From: Lingula anatina
Taxonomy: Eukaryota; Animalia; Brachiopoda
DNA: 64,000 nucleotides
Direction: 5' to 3'
NCBI GenBank assembly: GCA_051362555.1
Contig: CM120640.1
Coordinates: 49,516,788-49,580,787 of the forward strand
Shown: positions 48,451-60,870 of the stretch, in pieces
Position numbering within the stretch: position 1 is the stretch's first letter
How the letters are laid out: each line of letters opens with the position of its first letter
Position numbers and translations under genes: made by a program
Notes under the pieces: model-generated
Seen by the model: the letters and a program-made list of their open reading frames with translations, nothing else
Database searches by the model: none
What the model was told of the DNA's origin: nothing

Positions 48451-50241
48451 TATAAAGTTAAAACACAAGTCTGTGTTGCTAAGTCTGTGTTTACATTGTT
48501 TATATAACTGTATCATTGAGCATTGTATGTAAAATTGTCTGTTTTTCACAGTTGATTTAGGTATAGCATTCTGCACATTTCCCAAAAAAACTTTTTTCTC
48601 TTTTTTCTAAATTGTTATCTTAATAGATTTCGTGTTTTTGTTTACTCTTTGTAGATTTTTTTTTTTTTTTTTTTTACTAGACTTCAAGTGTAATATTGCA
48701 TTATCGTAGATATGTTTTTGTCCTTATACAGTCGGAGAATAGCTGTAAAGCTAATGTTTCCATTCAATTTGTAACCGACATGAAATAAAATTTATTGTAT
48801 TGTATTGTATTGTATTGTGTTGTGTCAATGCAAAGATAAAATACAAAATTCTTCATGTTATGCATTCGTTAAATCACATCATCCCTATGCTCAAAACCTT
48901 AAACACTACATTTTATGCATATTTATAATTGATATGGGGTGATGTTGTGATTTGTAACCTTTTTTGGGCAAAATGGATGTCAATTTTACAAACACAGTTC
49001 TTTGTTGTCATGTTAAAATGACAGAAGAATGCTAGACATTTTACACAAACACTCACTATCTCACTTGCTTTTCTTGAAGGACACAATGTGTTTGAAATTG
49101 AAAACAAAAATTTACAAGATTGTATTACTATATCAAGACTTGTGCATGACTGTGAAAACACTTTTTTACAGTATGAAACCCTATGAGAAGAGGGTGTGGG
49201 TATGGGTGTGGGTGTGGGGTGAGGATATGTTCTGGAAATACACTAGGACTGTGACAATTTAACCCAAATATTCTCTGGATAATAATGTACCTTGTGCATT
49301 TGTACTGGGACCAGGTTGGTTGAAACTGGAGTATGCCGCTGTGGGAAAAATTAAATATTCCATCAATTGTTTTCACTAAAAGCAACTGTATGTGGCTGCT
49401 AACCAGGCAAGGATAATGCACTTAACACACTACACCCTTTTTATAGAAAGGAAACTCCATGTAATCTTGCAAAAGAAGCACAACTTTACTAGGTGTCAAA
49501 CAACTTTTGTGCACCACCTTATTGCTCATTCGCAGATTGCAGATTCCTTTCTTTGATTAAGCTTCATTCTATAAGAAATTGAGGGAGATGCAATTGGGTG
49601 GCGGGGTATTCTGCAGTTGCTTCCTTCAAATGTACCTCCTGCATTCACAAGATTTTTTAAATTGTATCCCCCACTATAAGAACACCGCCCCTCTGCAACA
49701 TAATAAGCGATCGGTCCCTTACCTGAGGCTGGTGATGTAGAGGGACCAGGCAGGCTAAGGTTAAGTTGTGGCTTCACATACTGCAGTGCTGTTGTTTGTT
49801 GAAAACAAATAAAAACAAAATAAAGCTCAGTCAAGTTCACATTACTGTCTACAGCTTGAGCAAATTAAGCTAGAATTTTGAAACCGTTTACACTACAGCA
49901 AAAAAGCCTGCCAAAACTCAATAACTGATGTCGAACTAGATCTGTGGTGTTATCCAAAACTCAATCTCCTTGCTGATCTGATGAGTTGTCGCTACAAAAG
50001 CACTAAAAATAAGACCTACATACCTTTGTCACAATTTGTGACGATATTATGCCCACAATTCGAGCAAAAACTGCCGGTGTCTTCACGTTTATGTCCACAG
50101 TTTGAGCAAAACATGCCGCTTCGAATTCCTTGGGAAAAGATGGCAGGAGGACGTAAACTGTACCCATGATGCATTTCAATTTCCTGATAACTCGTTCCAG
50201 TACCTTGCGACTTTATACGGCAGTGAACGGGGTTTAAATAT

Positions 50242-50450
50242 GAATTCGGAGTGAGGTTTACGAATTCGGAGTGAGCTTTTTCAATTCGGAGTGAGGTTTG
50301 CGAATTCGGAGTGGGGTTTACGAATTCGGAGTGAGGTTTGCGAATTCGGAGTGGGGTTTACGAATTCGGAGTGAGGTTTACGAATTCGGAGTGAGGTTTA
50401 AGAATTGAGAGTGAAGTTTAAGTATTCGGAGTGAGGTTTAGAATTGGGAG
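50242..50450 (-). repeat. 20-bp tandem array (~10 units) in right TIR
   Basis: Reverse complement of the 39580-39787 array. Confidence 0.95.
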
Positions 50451-50517
50451 TGTCGTTTGGAATTTGGAGTGCACTTGTGGGCCACCGCAGGGACTCGTCT
50501 GGTTGCACTAACACTAT

Positions 50518-52524
50518 ATACGACTTGCATTATTCGAAAGGTGCGATGTGCGCATGACCGGAATTGTGCACTGCAGGGGTCAAAATAGTACCGGAAGCGT
50601 TGTTGACAGCGATAGGAACACATGATGGAAGCATAAGACGTGCCGGGGGCGATATTAAACGAACCATTTGAGGCGACAAAGGTGCCGGAGTTGAAAAGTT
50701 GGTTAAAATGAAGGTGCCCACACATCAGGCAAAAAAGAAGAGCTGATAAAAATGTATGTTACACGATATTTTCTTAAATACAAGACCAAATACAAAACCC
50801 CAATGTGGTCATTATGTAATTATGTTCACCTGAGTCATTTATTGGGGAGATAAATTTGTCACCTGGTTCAGGCAATTATCTGATACAATCTCTGAGGTGG
50901 GCTAATGCACTGTACAGGTAATTAGTACAAGCTCACTGTCAGTATCAGTGCATCTATCATTTGTTTCTTCTTCATTATATTTCTGTTGGTTGATTTCGGT
51001 TAAAAAATATGACTAGGCATGTCAGTTTTCTGTTTTGTCATCATTCTAATATGTATGTATGTAAATTAATCACTGTTATAGATGTGTTGATGATGACTTT
51101 AATAATTATTTTTATGACTATTTTTCACTTGTTTTATAGGTGTAAACTGTACAGTGAGGATAGAGAGAGAAACAAAATATTGGATCCTGACGGCAGAGAA
51201 AATTAGAATTAGGCCTACCAGATTGAAGTTTGTGGAGAATGGACCAAGTCCTTGAAGGGAATGCCCAAACCGTTTTTTTTTTAAATATTTGCCTATTAAT
51301 AAATACAATTCAATATTTCGTCTCACAATTTTATTTTGCATAATAAAATCAATGATGTTGCCTTGGAAATATCTTTCCAAGGTACCTTACGAAATTTCAC
51401 TGATCCATGTTTTAAAATGCAATGTTTTAAACATTTTCTAGATATGTTCAAGTGCATTGTGATAATAAAAATGAGATATTTGGTAAAATTGATCTCTTTT
51501 TTGTTATTTGCATAAGTAATATACGATTCAATACTCCTTCACAGTCAGGTTTAAACCTGGTTTTAGTTTTACTCGGGTCTAAGCAATGGCGATAACAATA
51601 CTCTAAAACCAAAGTAAAACTAAAGCCAGCTTTAACCTTGCTGAGAAATCAAACCAAAGTTTCACATGACAGTTTTCATGCCATTTTTTTATACTGAGGT
51701 AATGTCAAGGTATAAAAAGTCATGAAAATTTTTAATTCCTCTTAGGTTTCAAGACCGATGTAAAATTTAACCATTTCAGGTTTGTTGTGCATAGACTTTA
51801 TGCTGAAAGTGTGTTTATCAACTTCCTCATGTGCTTCGGACAGTTGTTCCAGCATTTTTTCTCTGTCACACTATTTCTTTATGCATTTTTTTTTTGCTCG
51901 TTGTAATTCCACTCTTGTTTCCGAAAGTTCAATTTCTAAAGATCGGATTTTCTGTTCCATACTGAAAATATGTTGTTAAAACTGTCGTTAAAAGCGCATC
52001 TGAACCTGCATCTGATACAATGCAGTAGGCATTGTGGTCTGTATTTGAGAAGCCATTTTCGTCCTCGCTGTTCAACTTCCCACTTGCCGCCAGGTTCACT
52101 AAAATTTGTCTCAGAGTTATCAACAGTTAAATGTCTAATAAATTTTCTTCGGGGCTTACAAATCTTCGATTCCTTGAGTGGAAATATAGTTGGTCTACCA
52201 CCCAAATACGATTTATTCCCTCCTTCAAAATGAGCACTACACACACGGTGATGCTTGGCGGGCTCGAACTTACTAAATTTGCCTTCATTTCCCGCTCGTC
52301 CAATATTGTCAATCCATATACCTCTCTTTTTTGGGTCCTTGGGGAAAGCATAAAATGAAAAATTTCGATCTCGCTTCGTATTGTTGAAACAAACAGGCAC
52401 AAAACACATAGAACCGCCGAGAGGCATTTTATTTCTGTGTACAGAAATGGCGGCAAAAGGTCCCACTTTACCCACAATGCATTGCGCTGAATAGCGAAAA
52501 CGAGACGAATAATGCAAGTCGTAT
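50518..52524 (-). mobile_element. Internally deleted THAP-encoding DNA transposon (ISL2EU/Harbinger-like)
   Basis: TIR ATACGACTTGCATTATTCG. TSD AT (or TATA). THAP CFVPVC..FYAFP..W..RVCSAHF..PTIF, followed by coiled coil and VKFYIGL. Removing it restores Gypsy AKPYSVSATRR. Confidence 0.8.
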
Positions 52525-53794
52525 ATATGGTTTTGCACTATCTTTCAACTTAATATGTACTGGGTCACTCTTAAGTGTACCAACTGAATCTGCCTGTAAC
52601 ACTCTAGTTACTAAACCCATGTCAACACAAGCACTTCTTCCAAGCAAGTTACTCACATTCTCTCTGACAACATGTACAGTAAATGTATACATTTTTTCTT
52701 TAAATTTTGTTTTTGCTACAAACTTGCCAATGTTGGTTAATTTTCCACCTGGACTATTCAACACTACTGTGGTGGGAGAGAGTGTGGGACTTGGCTTTAG
52801 ACTTTCATACATTGCCTTACTAATTACACTGGTATCTGCCCCTGTATCTATTTTGAAATCTACAGACTGACCATTCATGTCTAATTTAACATTCCATTCT
52901 GAATCATTACTACTATTCTCTGTAAACAATGATCCAAGGAAACATTCTACATCATCAGTGTCATCTGCAATAACTTCATAAACACTACCCATTTGTTTAC
53001 TAGCACTGCTTTTAAAAGTACGAGTGCTCCGACACACGACACCAAAGTGTCCAATTCTATGGCATTTATTACACTTTTTGTTTTGTGCTGGGCATGTTGC
53101 ATGTCTGTGGTCTAGTATATGGTTACATTGTCCACATCGTCTGGGCTGACCTCTTTGTTGACTGTTTTGACCTCTGGGTTTACCTCTGGCTTGTCTATTT
53201 CCTTTCTCCACTTCACTCACGTTTGCAACACTTGGATTAGTACTGTTTTGTAATTTGATCAGTTCCGTACTGCGAACAATCTCTAATGCTGTTTTCAGGG
53301 TCAAGTCAGCTTTTAATTGGAGTTTTAATGAGCAATCTCTGTCGGCGATTCCAATTACAATAGCATCTCTTATCTCTTCCTCCTTGTTGGTGAATTCACA
53401 ATTTTCTGAAAGTTCCACTAAGTTTCTATAAAAAGTCTCAATTGATTCTCCAGGTATCTGTTGACGTTGACGGAATCTTGCCCTTTCATGAATAATATTC
53501 CTCCTTGGAATGAAATACTCATCAAACTTAGCAATAACAACGTCAAAATTCTCTGCCTCGGGCTCACCTTCTGAATTTTCTGCCGTACGTAGCATCTGCT
53601 GTGGATAGCTTAAAGGTAGAAAATATCTGTTCTGCATCCTTTCCCATAGCATAAATCAGAGCAGATACTTGTATTCCCCCGGCCTCCGAGTCCAGTTTAG
53701 TGGCCTGTCTATATTGGATGAAGCGTTGGCGCTATTCTGGCCATTCGTTTGGCGCGTGAAACCTTAAGTTCTCCGGAGGATGGAATTTAGCCAT
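52525..53794 (-). pseudogene. Gypsy gag + aspartic protease
   Basis: MAKFHPPE..W..RF, ERARF..R.Q..GESI, two Zn knuckles (CGQC..HATC, CNKCHRIGHFGVVC), FKIDTGAD. One stop and one frameshift near the N-terminus. Confidence 0.9.
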
Positions 53795-54145
53795 TACGTC
53801 AATGGATTTGAGTTTCCTCTCTCTCTCTAGTACCCCTAGAGATAGTTCAGTCCAATTTTTCACGGCACTTCTTATCCCGCTTCTGACACCATGTCAAATA
53901 AAGACGAACACGCTAATTCACACGTGTCTTTTTATTCCCATTCTTCTGTAACTACTCACAGGTGGCACTTTAGGCCAAGACGTATATGACAATCTTCTTC
54001 GTCTTGTTGTTGCACTAAAATCGACAAACACATTTTTCAAAGCAACTGTGACAATCATTTTCTTTCTCTCTGCACATGCGTCCAGGTATCAGAATTTCCT
54101 CCAAGTGCAACTGAGAATTAATTACAGCTTTGGAAACGACTCGCT

Positions 54146-54577
54146 CCCCCTCATCACTTGACAGGAATCCATCAAAATGAACACAAGGTTACTCCAAGGT
54201 AGATCAAATTTCTTGATCTCCAGATGTTCAAAGAGGTTTTCACTAGTCACCTTTGCCACAACAAATGACCCCAGATGATTTAAACATGTGCTGCTTTTTC
54301 TCTGAGAAATGAGCAACAAGAACCGTCACTACTTTTTCATGATTACTGTTCATGGCTTCGTCAAGGTTTAGGCTAAATGGAGTGGAGCGGAGTTCCTGCA
54401 GCCAGGATTCTGAGAAGATCTCTGCAACTCCATACTTCAGCTTATAGGATGCAGCATGCGCACCCAGCTTCCTTCCCTTGCAGGTTGATCATTTGACAGG
54501 GCCCTGGGGGGCCAGCTGCAGTCTCAAGGAATGCTCTGCTATGAAGGACACAACCTGAAAAATATACATGCATGTAT

Positions 54578-54612
<35 letters not shown>

Positions 54613-56081
54613 TGTTAAGAGGCTTTTGATATCTATAGTGTACATTTGGTTTGTTAATTTTAAGGCAATTTAAAATAAACATTAAATTGCAATATTCTGA
54701 GTTGTGACTGAAAAACTTACCATTGCCTCAGAGTTGCTGGCTCGATCAGAAACAGGAGTCTAAGGAGGCAGATCACTCTTCTCGGCTTCATCAGTAACCT
54801 TCTTACGTAGTTGTGGGTTCACTCCATAAAGACTTGTCCTCTGAAGTGGTTGTCCTGAGGAATTGAAAATGAGATTTGATATTTTTTCTAGAAAAATTTA
54901 CAATTTCCATCCCATTTCCAATGAAAATAAAAACTTGATTTTATATTGTCAACCATTATTGAAAAAAAAAACTAAATTAAAAAACAATAATAGAAAACAT
55001 GACTCAGACCTTAAATATACGTAATACATCATACCCTGTAGAAATTTCAATAAAAATTTTTTTTAGTCTTTTAATTCTTCATAATTGAGCTTGTTAATAA
55101 CGATTTAAGTGAAAAAAAAATGATGAAATCACACCACACATGTTTTTGCCTAACTATCAGAGGCCAGTGATTTCCAGTTTAATGGATGTAAAGTAGAATA
55201 ACAATTACTTGACGATCGCCGTGTCAGTGTATAATATTATCTAAAGAAAACTATACAGAAGTCTCATCTCAGATGCTATGTGTCAAATAATCTATCAGCC
55301 ATCATATCTGTATTTCAACCGAGCTTGATCAAATAGTTAAGGGAACTTTGTGATAACTGCATTCAGTTAGGCAAGATCGTAGTGTAGGACTGAATGAAGA
55401 GCGAGGTTACAACATTTATCAATCAAAAAAATACACAACAGATACACAAATATTGGAGATAAAAATATTAGCTGTTGAATGAAGAAAAAATCACATCATT
55501 ATTATACACAACAGAGAATTGAATGAGCAGAATAAAAGTGCCATAGACTTGTTTTACTTACCTCCAATCGTGGTATTTCCTTGAAGACCTTTCTTTGCCG
55601 TTGCCTGTTTCGCTGTTTCCATGTGGCTGAAGATTGAAGATTTGCCTTTTTTTTACGTAGTAGATTTTGCAATCGCACACGGTACAGTAAGCCACCCCCT
55701 CCACCGCAATTTTGCAAATGTGGTCGCCAAGTCTTTCATCTCCTACCAAAGTGTCTGGCCATTTTTCCCAACTCCACAAATTCTTGACATTTTCGGTAAA
55801 AGGATCACCGCGTTTGACGACAATATGGCTTGCCATGTTGATCTGGAACCCACAATGCCTTGCGCACAAGGCCTCACCATAGGGAGTATATCTGCGACAG
55901 CTAAAGTCAGCCAGCGCTGTGCTTGCAAAACCATCACAAAACGATTTATTCTTTGATTTTTTTAAAAAGTCGGAAAGGGTTCTTAAAAAAGTTGGATTGT
56001 GATCACAAAAAATTGAAAATCCTTTGAAAATTGGACTAATTCCAGGCTTTGAACTTAACATGAATCAATGAACTTGCCATG
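54146..56081 (-). pseudogene. hAT-like transposase relic with introns and 5' terminus
   Basis: WSWEKW..AYCTVCDC (BED-like), LKYGVA..PFSLNLDEA, LMDSCQVMRGS. CATGGCAAGTTC candidate terminus. (GA)n at 54581-54608. Confidence 0.65.
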
Positions 56082-57615
56082 TGCTTTTTCCATGCTCGCT
56101 TTTTATTACTACATCACTCACCAAGTGATGGTTTTGGTCAAGACATGACCAGTCAGTAGTTACATGTTTTGGATGGCAGCTGTGTTACCTGTTTTCATAT
56201 TTCCTTTTGTGGTTTTCTCTTTTGTGGCCTGCATTTCACTCATCATGGTGTTAGCCAGTAGTTAAGATTTCTTTATTGCCTCCTTTTGGCTGGACTTCAG
56301 CTTTGTCTGGTCAATGAGGTTGTTGGTTTGCTTGCCTGGGCCCCATCGTGCATTGTGACCGAGCGCAGGAGTCTCGATTCCATAACTCGCCCATACTCGC
56401 CCCATATAATACACTGTAGTCTCTATTCGCAATGTGCAATGCTTTCGAGTTAGGTGTTAATTCTCCACTCTGTAGCTTCTTCTTTTCAATCTCTGTATTG
56501 ATCTCTGAGATATCTTACACTTCTTACTTAGTTTCAACTTTTCTTGCTCCAACTTTCTCATTGGTGCTTTTACATCTGACAGTCTCCCTTTCCATCTTTA
56601 AACAGCACCCTTTTGCCTGTTTCCAAAATTCATTTGAACCACAAGATTGCGATCTCTTTCACTTTCATACCCACTGGTTTCAGCAATTTCGTTGTGTGCC
56701 CTTTCTTCACATTTTGTACAAGTGTTGATTTCTTTTGCAAATCTATGATTGCTCTAGTGTGTCCCTTTGCCCAACATTGCTGTAGACCTTCAGACTTTAC
56801 ATCTATATTAAATCATTTTCCATTTTGCTTTTTTTATTTCTTGTAAGTCATTCTGCCTTACACATTTCCGAAGTTCTTGTGTGCATATGTGCCATGAGCC
56901 CCTCACCCTTTTTCGTTTCCATTTGTTATCCGATTTTGCTCTCAGAAGTCCACCTTGCTAGCAAGATTTTGAGAGACTGGTTTACATAAATCCTCATGTA
57001 ATCGCACTTGCACATTTATTTGACACAGGGACACAGTTTACTATTTATCTGGATTAATGACGAAGTGTGAGCAGGGTATTAGGGAGTTGAGATGTGTGAA
57101 TTAAACAAGATTTAGCAGACATAACGCAATGATCTAGACAGCAATTCATCAGGGTCAACAAGTACACATAGCAAGACTGAGGTCAGCAGACACATTTTTT
57201 TTTACTTTCTTCAATTTCATTATAAAGAAAAAATGCTTTTGGTGAATAAGAAGGCAGCATACATGAAATTGCTTTCACCTTGCCTTTTTTCCAATACAAC
57301 CTTTACATATGTCTATCACCCATTAAATCATAAAAAAACATTAAAAATGCCCATCATAATATAATTCATTTGATAATTTTGGAAAATTTCAATTAAAGGG
57401 ATAATAACTCTTCGTTTTGGTCAAAAAAGGAATTTTCCTGGAGTACACAATTTTCCCATACTTACCAATGGTTAATGAATCCATTTTTACATTCAAAGTT
57501 AGTCCCTGTTTTTTTTCTAAAAAGTTTGATTTTTTGTTAAAATCTCTTAAGAGATTATAACAGAGTACAGCCATCAATGGAGGTCACGTGGTCTTAAGAC
57601 CAACTCAGATATCAG

Positions 57616-58897
57616 GGCCCGGTTGCACCAACCGGTCGTAAGTGAGGCGTAGCAGTTGCGCCGGCGTAAACCGGGCGCAAAATGCTACGCCCGAGAAAAG
57701 CCAGTTGCACCAAACTGGAGTAGTGTTTACGTCGGTCTTAACTTAGTCGTAAATTTACGCCTGCTAGTTAGGTGGAGTAAGTCGGTCGTAGCTCGTTTTC
57801 CACTATGGCTAGGCTGGCACAGAGAGAGTTTGATGACAATTATCGTAGTTAGATTATGTGGGTTGTTTTTTTGTTTATTTCTTACACAAAACTTCCGTCT
57901 GTATAGCGTGGTTTTTAAAAAACTAATTTTATACACTTATATATATATATATATAAGTGATTATTAAATACATTATGTGTGTAGCCATGTACATGTACAT
58001 GCATGTGTTCAAATTAAATCTTACCACTCATGTCGACACGCCTTGGCTCTCAGCAGTACGGTTTCTTTAATTCTTTTCACAATTTTTGACAAACCATAAC
58101 TAACCATAGTCATTTTTTATTCACATTTTATATAATTCATATTTTACTATATATAAACATAGAGACGAAAGCTTAAAATATCAACATTTTAAGGCTCATA
58201 TAATATGTATTAGGTCTCTTGTATTACTCAATCTCCAAGATATAAGCTCGATTGAATTAAATGATACCTCACGGTGTAACCATAGATAAAAAGGTCATGA
58301 AATTGTAGTAAAATTATAAAAAGAAAGCAATGCTGGCTTTTTTTGATTATTTTCAGACTCAAATGTTCCAATAACAAATGTGAAAGTGTTCAAATCCATT
58401 AATAGAATTCGAAATACGTACTGCCTCCAACGCGTTTTTCTCATTTACAACAGCATACTATAATAGCATACATAGCATACTATAATAATATTTTGATTCG
58501 GAATATATTTACGATTTTATTGCTATATATCCAAGACAACAGCAAAGTTAACGTATTTTAACGTTCTTATTTCGAAATCAAAATGGAATAATGTAGCTCA
58601 TGAATTTCTCCGTCACTGAAATGCTCCTTTTCTGTTTATTTATGTCATCATTCCATTATGACTGCAGCTGAGAACTCCACTGCAGCTGAGAACTCCTCAT
58701 TTGCCCAATTATACCATCCACGTATTGTTGGCCAGTGGCGCAATGGAGCGTTACTCGGGCGTGGTTACGACGATCAGTTTTTGTCTTGGTGCAACGGGCG
58801 TAAGCAGGGAGAGTAAACCTGGCGCACGGACGCCAGGCGTTGCGGTTTACGACAGTCGTAGCCGAGTAAATTTACGCCCTGTTGGTGCAACCGGGCC
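57616..58897. mobile_element. PIF/Harbinger-type non-autonomous element, TSD CAG
   Basis: TIR GGCCCGGTTGCACCAAC / GTTGGTGCAACCGGGCC. CAG at 57613-57615 and 58898-58900. Confidence 0.85.
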
Positions 58898-59092
58898 CAG
58901 AATAATAGCTATAACTGCTGTTTTTGTGGTAAAACAGAATATATTTCTGTGAGTTATTCACAATGTTTTTATTGTGAAATACAAATCTCATACGAAGAGT
59001 TATTATCCCTTTAACTGGAGTGGCAAAAAATTATTAAGACAATGTGCAAATGGAGGGCAAATTTTTTATTTTACATTTTTCCTTAAATCTTG

Positions 59093-59129
<37 letters not shown>

Positions 59130-60447
59130 TCATTTAACCCATAAGTTTATTGAACACTTTGGTGTAATTTTCATTTGGTCTTGTATTGTTCGTATAATAA
59201 TTCTAGTCATTTGAACTGGAATCAGGCCAAAAAATCAAGAGTGCTTATTGTATTGTTTTTAATATATAAACCAGTTTTAAAAGTTTTTAAAGTTGGTGTA
59301 GTAGAAAACCGCTAAACATATAGGGTTTCTGCATTTTTTTCTATTGGAAATGTTACAATTGTATGGGACATTACTGCTATTCAAATCTGTAGTTAAATTA
59401 TATGTAAGGGCTAGAAGTTGTAATTTTACATTGCAAGTTTTGCTTTCTTGGTTAAACAGTTCTCTTATATTTATTGACATTGTAATGAAAGTAATCACTA
59501 TCTTTGGAACAACATTTTAAAAATTTACTGACACAGCTACATTTGGCTCTTGTCACAAGAGCATCATCAGTTCTGTTACAGTAGGCAAATGATAAATTGT
59601 ATAAGCTGCTGGCTTATTCTTATGAGATATAAAAATTAAAATAAAAACATTTTAATGCATTAAAAAACATACATTTTCCTTGTAATTAGATGTGAAGGGA
59701 CAGATGGTTTCAGTAGTCATTTTCATGTTTGTATATAATCCAATAACTGCATTGTTATGCAATGATTTTAGGAATACAATAGAATGGTGTATTAATTAAA
59801 TTTATTAACTCAAATTATATAACACTGTACAACTGAGAATACTTGTAATGAAAATCTTGTATAAAGAGCTTGTACTTTCAACTTGTATCAACGATGGTAT
59901 TGCGCTTTGGTTTAAATGTCAACACCAACAACATCATAGAGATTATGAATATTTCAAAGCCTTCCATTGCGAACAAATATTCATACAATTTTTTTATGAA
60001 CTGTGAAATTCTAATCCGAGGTCAGTAGAAATACTCCAAAGCACTGTGCAAAAGGCTTCTTGCTGTTGGGCACATTGTAATACCCAATTTCATATCCAAT
60101 TTTGGTTTTAAAAAAAATAGAAGAAAATGTATAAGAGCAAAAGAATAAAAGTTCTAACGAATGTATTTGTTGCTTGTTTACATTTTTCTTGAACTGATTA
60201 TGGGATTTCTTAAAGCTGACTGATATATTGAGGCATAATTTTTTTAACTAGACAGCAAAGCTGACAAATATACAGACACCATACAGGAAACAAGGCAGAA
60301 AAGTTGACAAATGTTCAGACATTATGCAGAAAAAAGTGCACCAAATGTTTTGGCCAATATTGATACATTGATACATAATGCTTTAAAACAGCATAATCAC
60401 TCTATCCTTATTATATTATGTACTGCAGGTAACATGGACATTGAAAA

Positions 60448-60870
60448 ACTAACAAGTGATTCAGTTCCATGGGATATAAATTTAATATAAAACAAAAATA
60501 AGGTTTGGTAGCTATGGGGCAAGCATCTCCAAAAATGTGCAAAAAAAAAAAAAAAAAAAAAAAACAATAATTACTGTAAATGTACAGCGATCATACTAAT
60601 TTTGAAAGCAACCTGCCTCTTTGCCAAACAAATCCTTTCAGTAAGAAATACTAACAAGTGATTCAGTTCCATGTGATATAAATTTAATATAAAACAAATA
60701 CGGTTTGGAAGTATAGGGGGGAATGTCACCAAAATTGTGCAAAAAAATCAGAATAATTACCGTAAATGCACACTGATCATGCCAATTTTCAAAAGCAACC
60801 TGGCTCTTTACTAAGCAAAGCCACTCAGTAAATTAAAGTAATACAAATATACGGTTTGGCAATTATGAGG
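60448..60870. repeat. ~200-bp degenerate tandem duplication (2+ units)
   Basis: ACTAACAAGTGATTCAGTTCCATG at ~60448 and ~60649. Confidence 0.75.

Larger units (their letters stand above)
44527..50114 (-). pseudogene. Transposon cargo gene: double zinc ribbon + HECT-domain (G2E3-like) E3 ubiquitin ligase; exons 50114-50024, 49788-49723, 46382-44527; single TAA at 45055-45057
   Basis: MFCSNCG..FCSNCG, GENGIDTGALSQEFF, GEIVTASLAQGGPPPSFL, WLTG, FPQVGAC (catalytic Cys position), C-terminal F-S-N-A-stop (-4 Phe). Phase-1 GT-AG introns. Confidence 0.8.
39539..50489 (+). mobile_element. IS3EU-type DNA transposon (~10.95 kb) with ~250-bp TIRs and two convergent genes
   Basis: Termini TACGGTGGCCCACAAG / CTTGTGGGCCACCG(C)A. 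6-bp TSD GGGACG/GGGACT. Removing it restores Gypsy ATRRVPIPLLPKV. Confidence 0.88.
30680..53991 (-). mobile_element. Gypsy LTR retrotransposon with 100-bp LTRs (5' LTR 53892-53991, 3' LTR 30680-30779), expanded by nested insertions
   Basis: TGTCA..TGACA LTRs with 5 differences in 100 bp. TSD ATCTT (30675-30679, 53992-53996). PBS TGGTGTCAGAAG (tRNA-Leu type). PPT TGGGGGGAAGA. gag-PR-RT-RH-IN pieces in order. Confidence 0.93.
30541..54145. mobile_element. MITE (two arms 30541-30679 and 53992-54145) into which the Gypsy element inserted
   Basis: TTTCCAAAGCTGTAATTAATTCTC...CTGGACGCATGTGCAG (30550-30610) is inverted at 54070-54136. Confidence 0.6.

Noticed and set aside
53874-53891. tRNA gene
   Set aside because: Only an ~18-nt primer-binding site complementary to a tRNA 3' end, with no cloverleaf.
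56430-56930. Possible degenerate gag/ORF1 zinc-knuckle relic on the minus strand
   Set aside because: Too many stops and frameshifts to support a call without a search.
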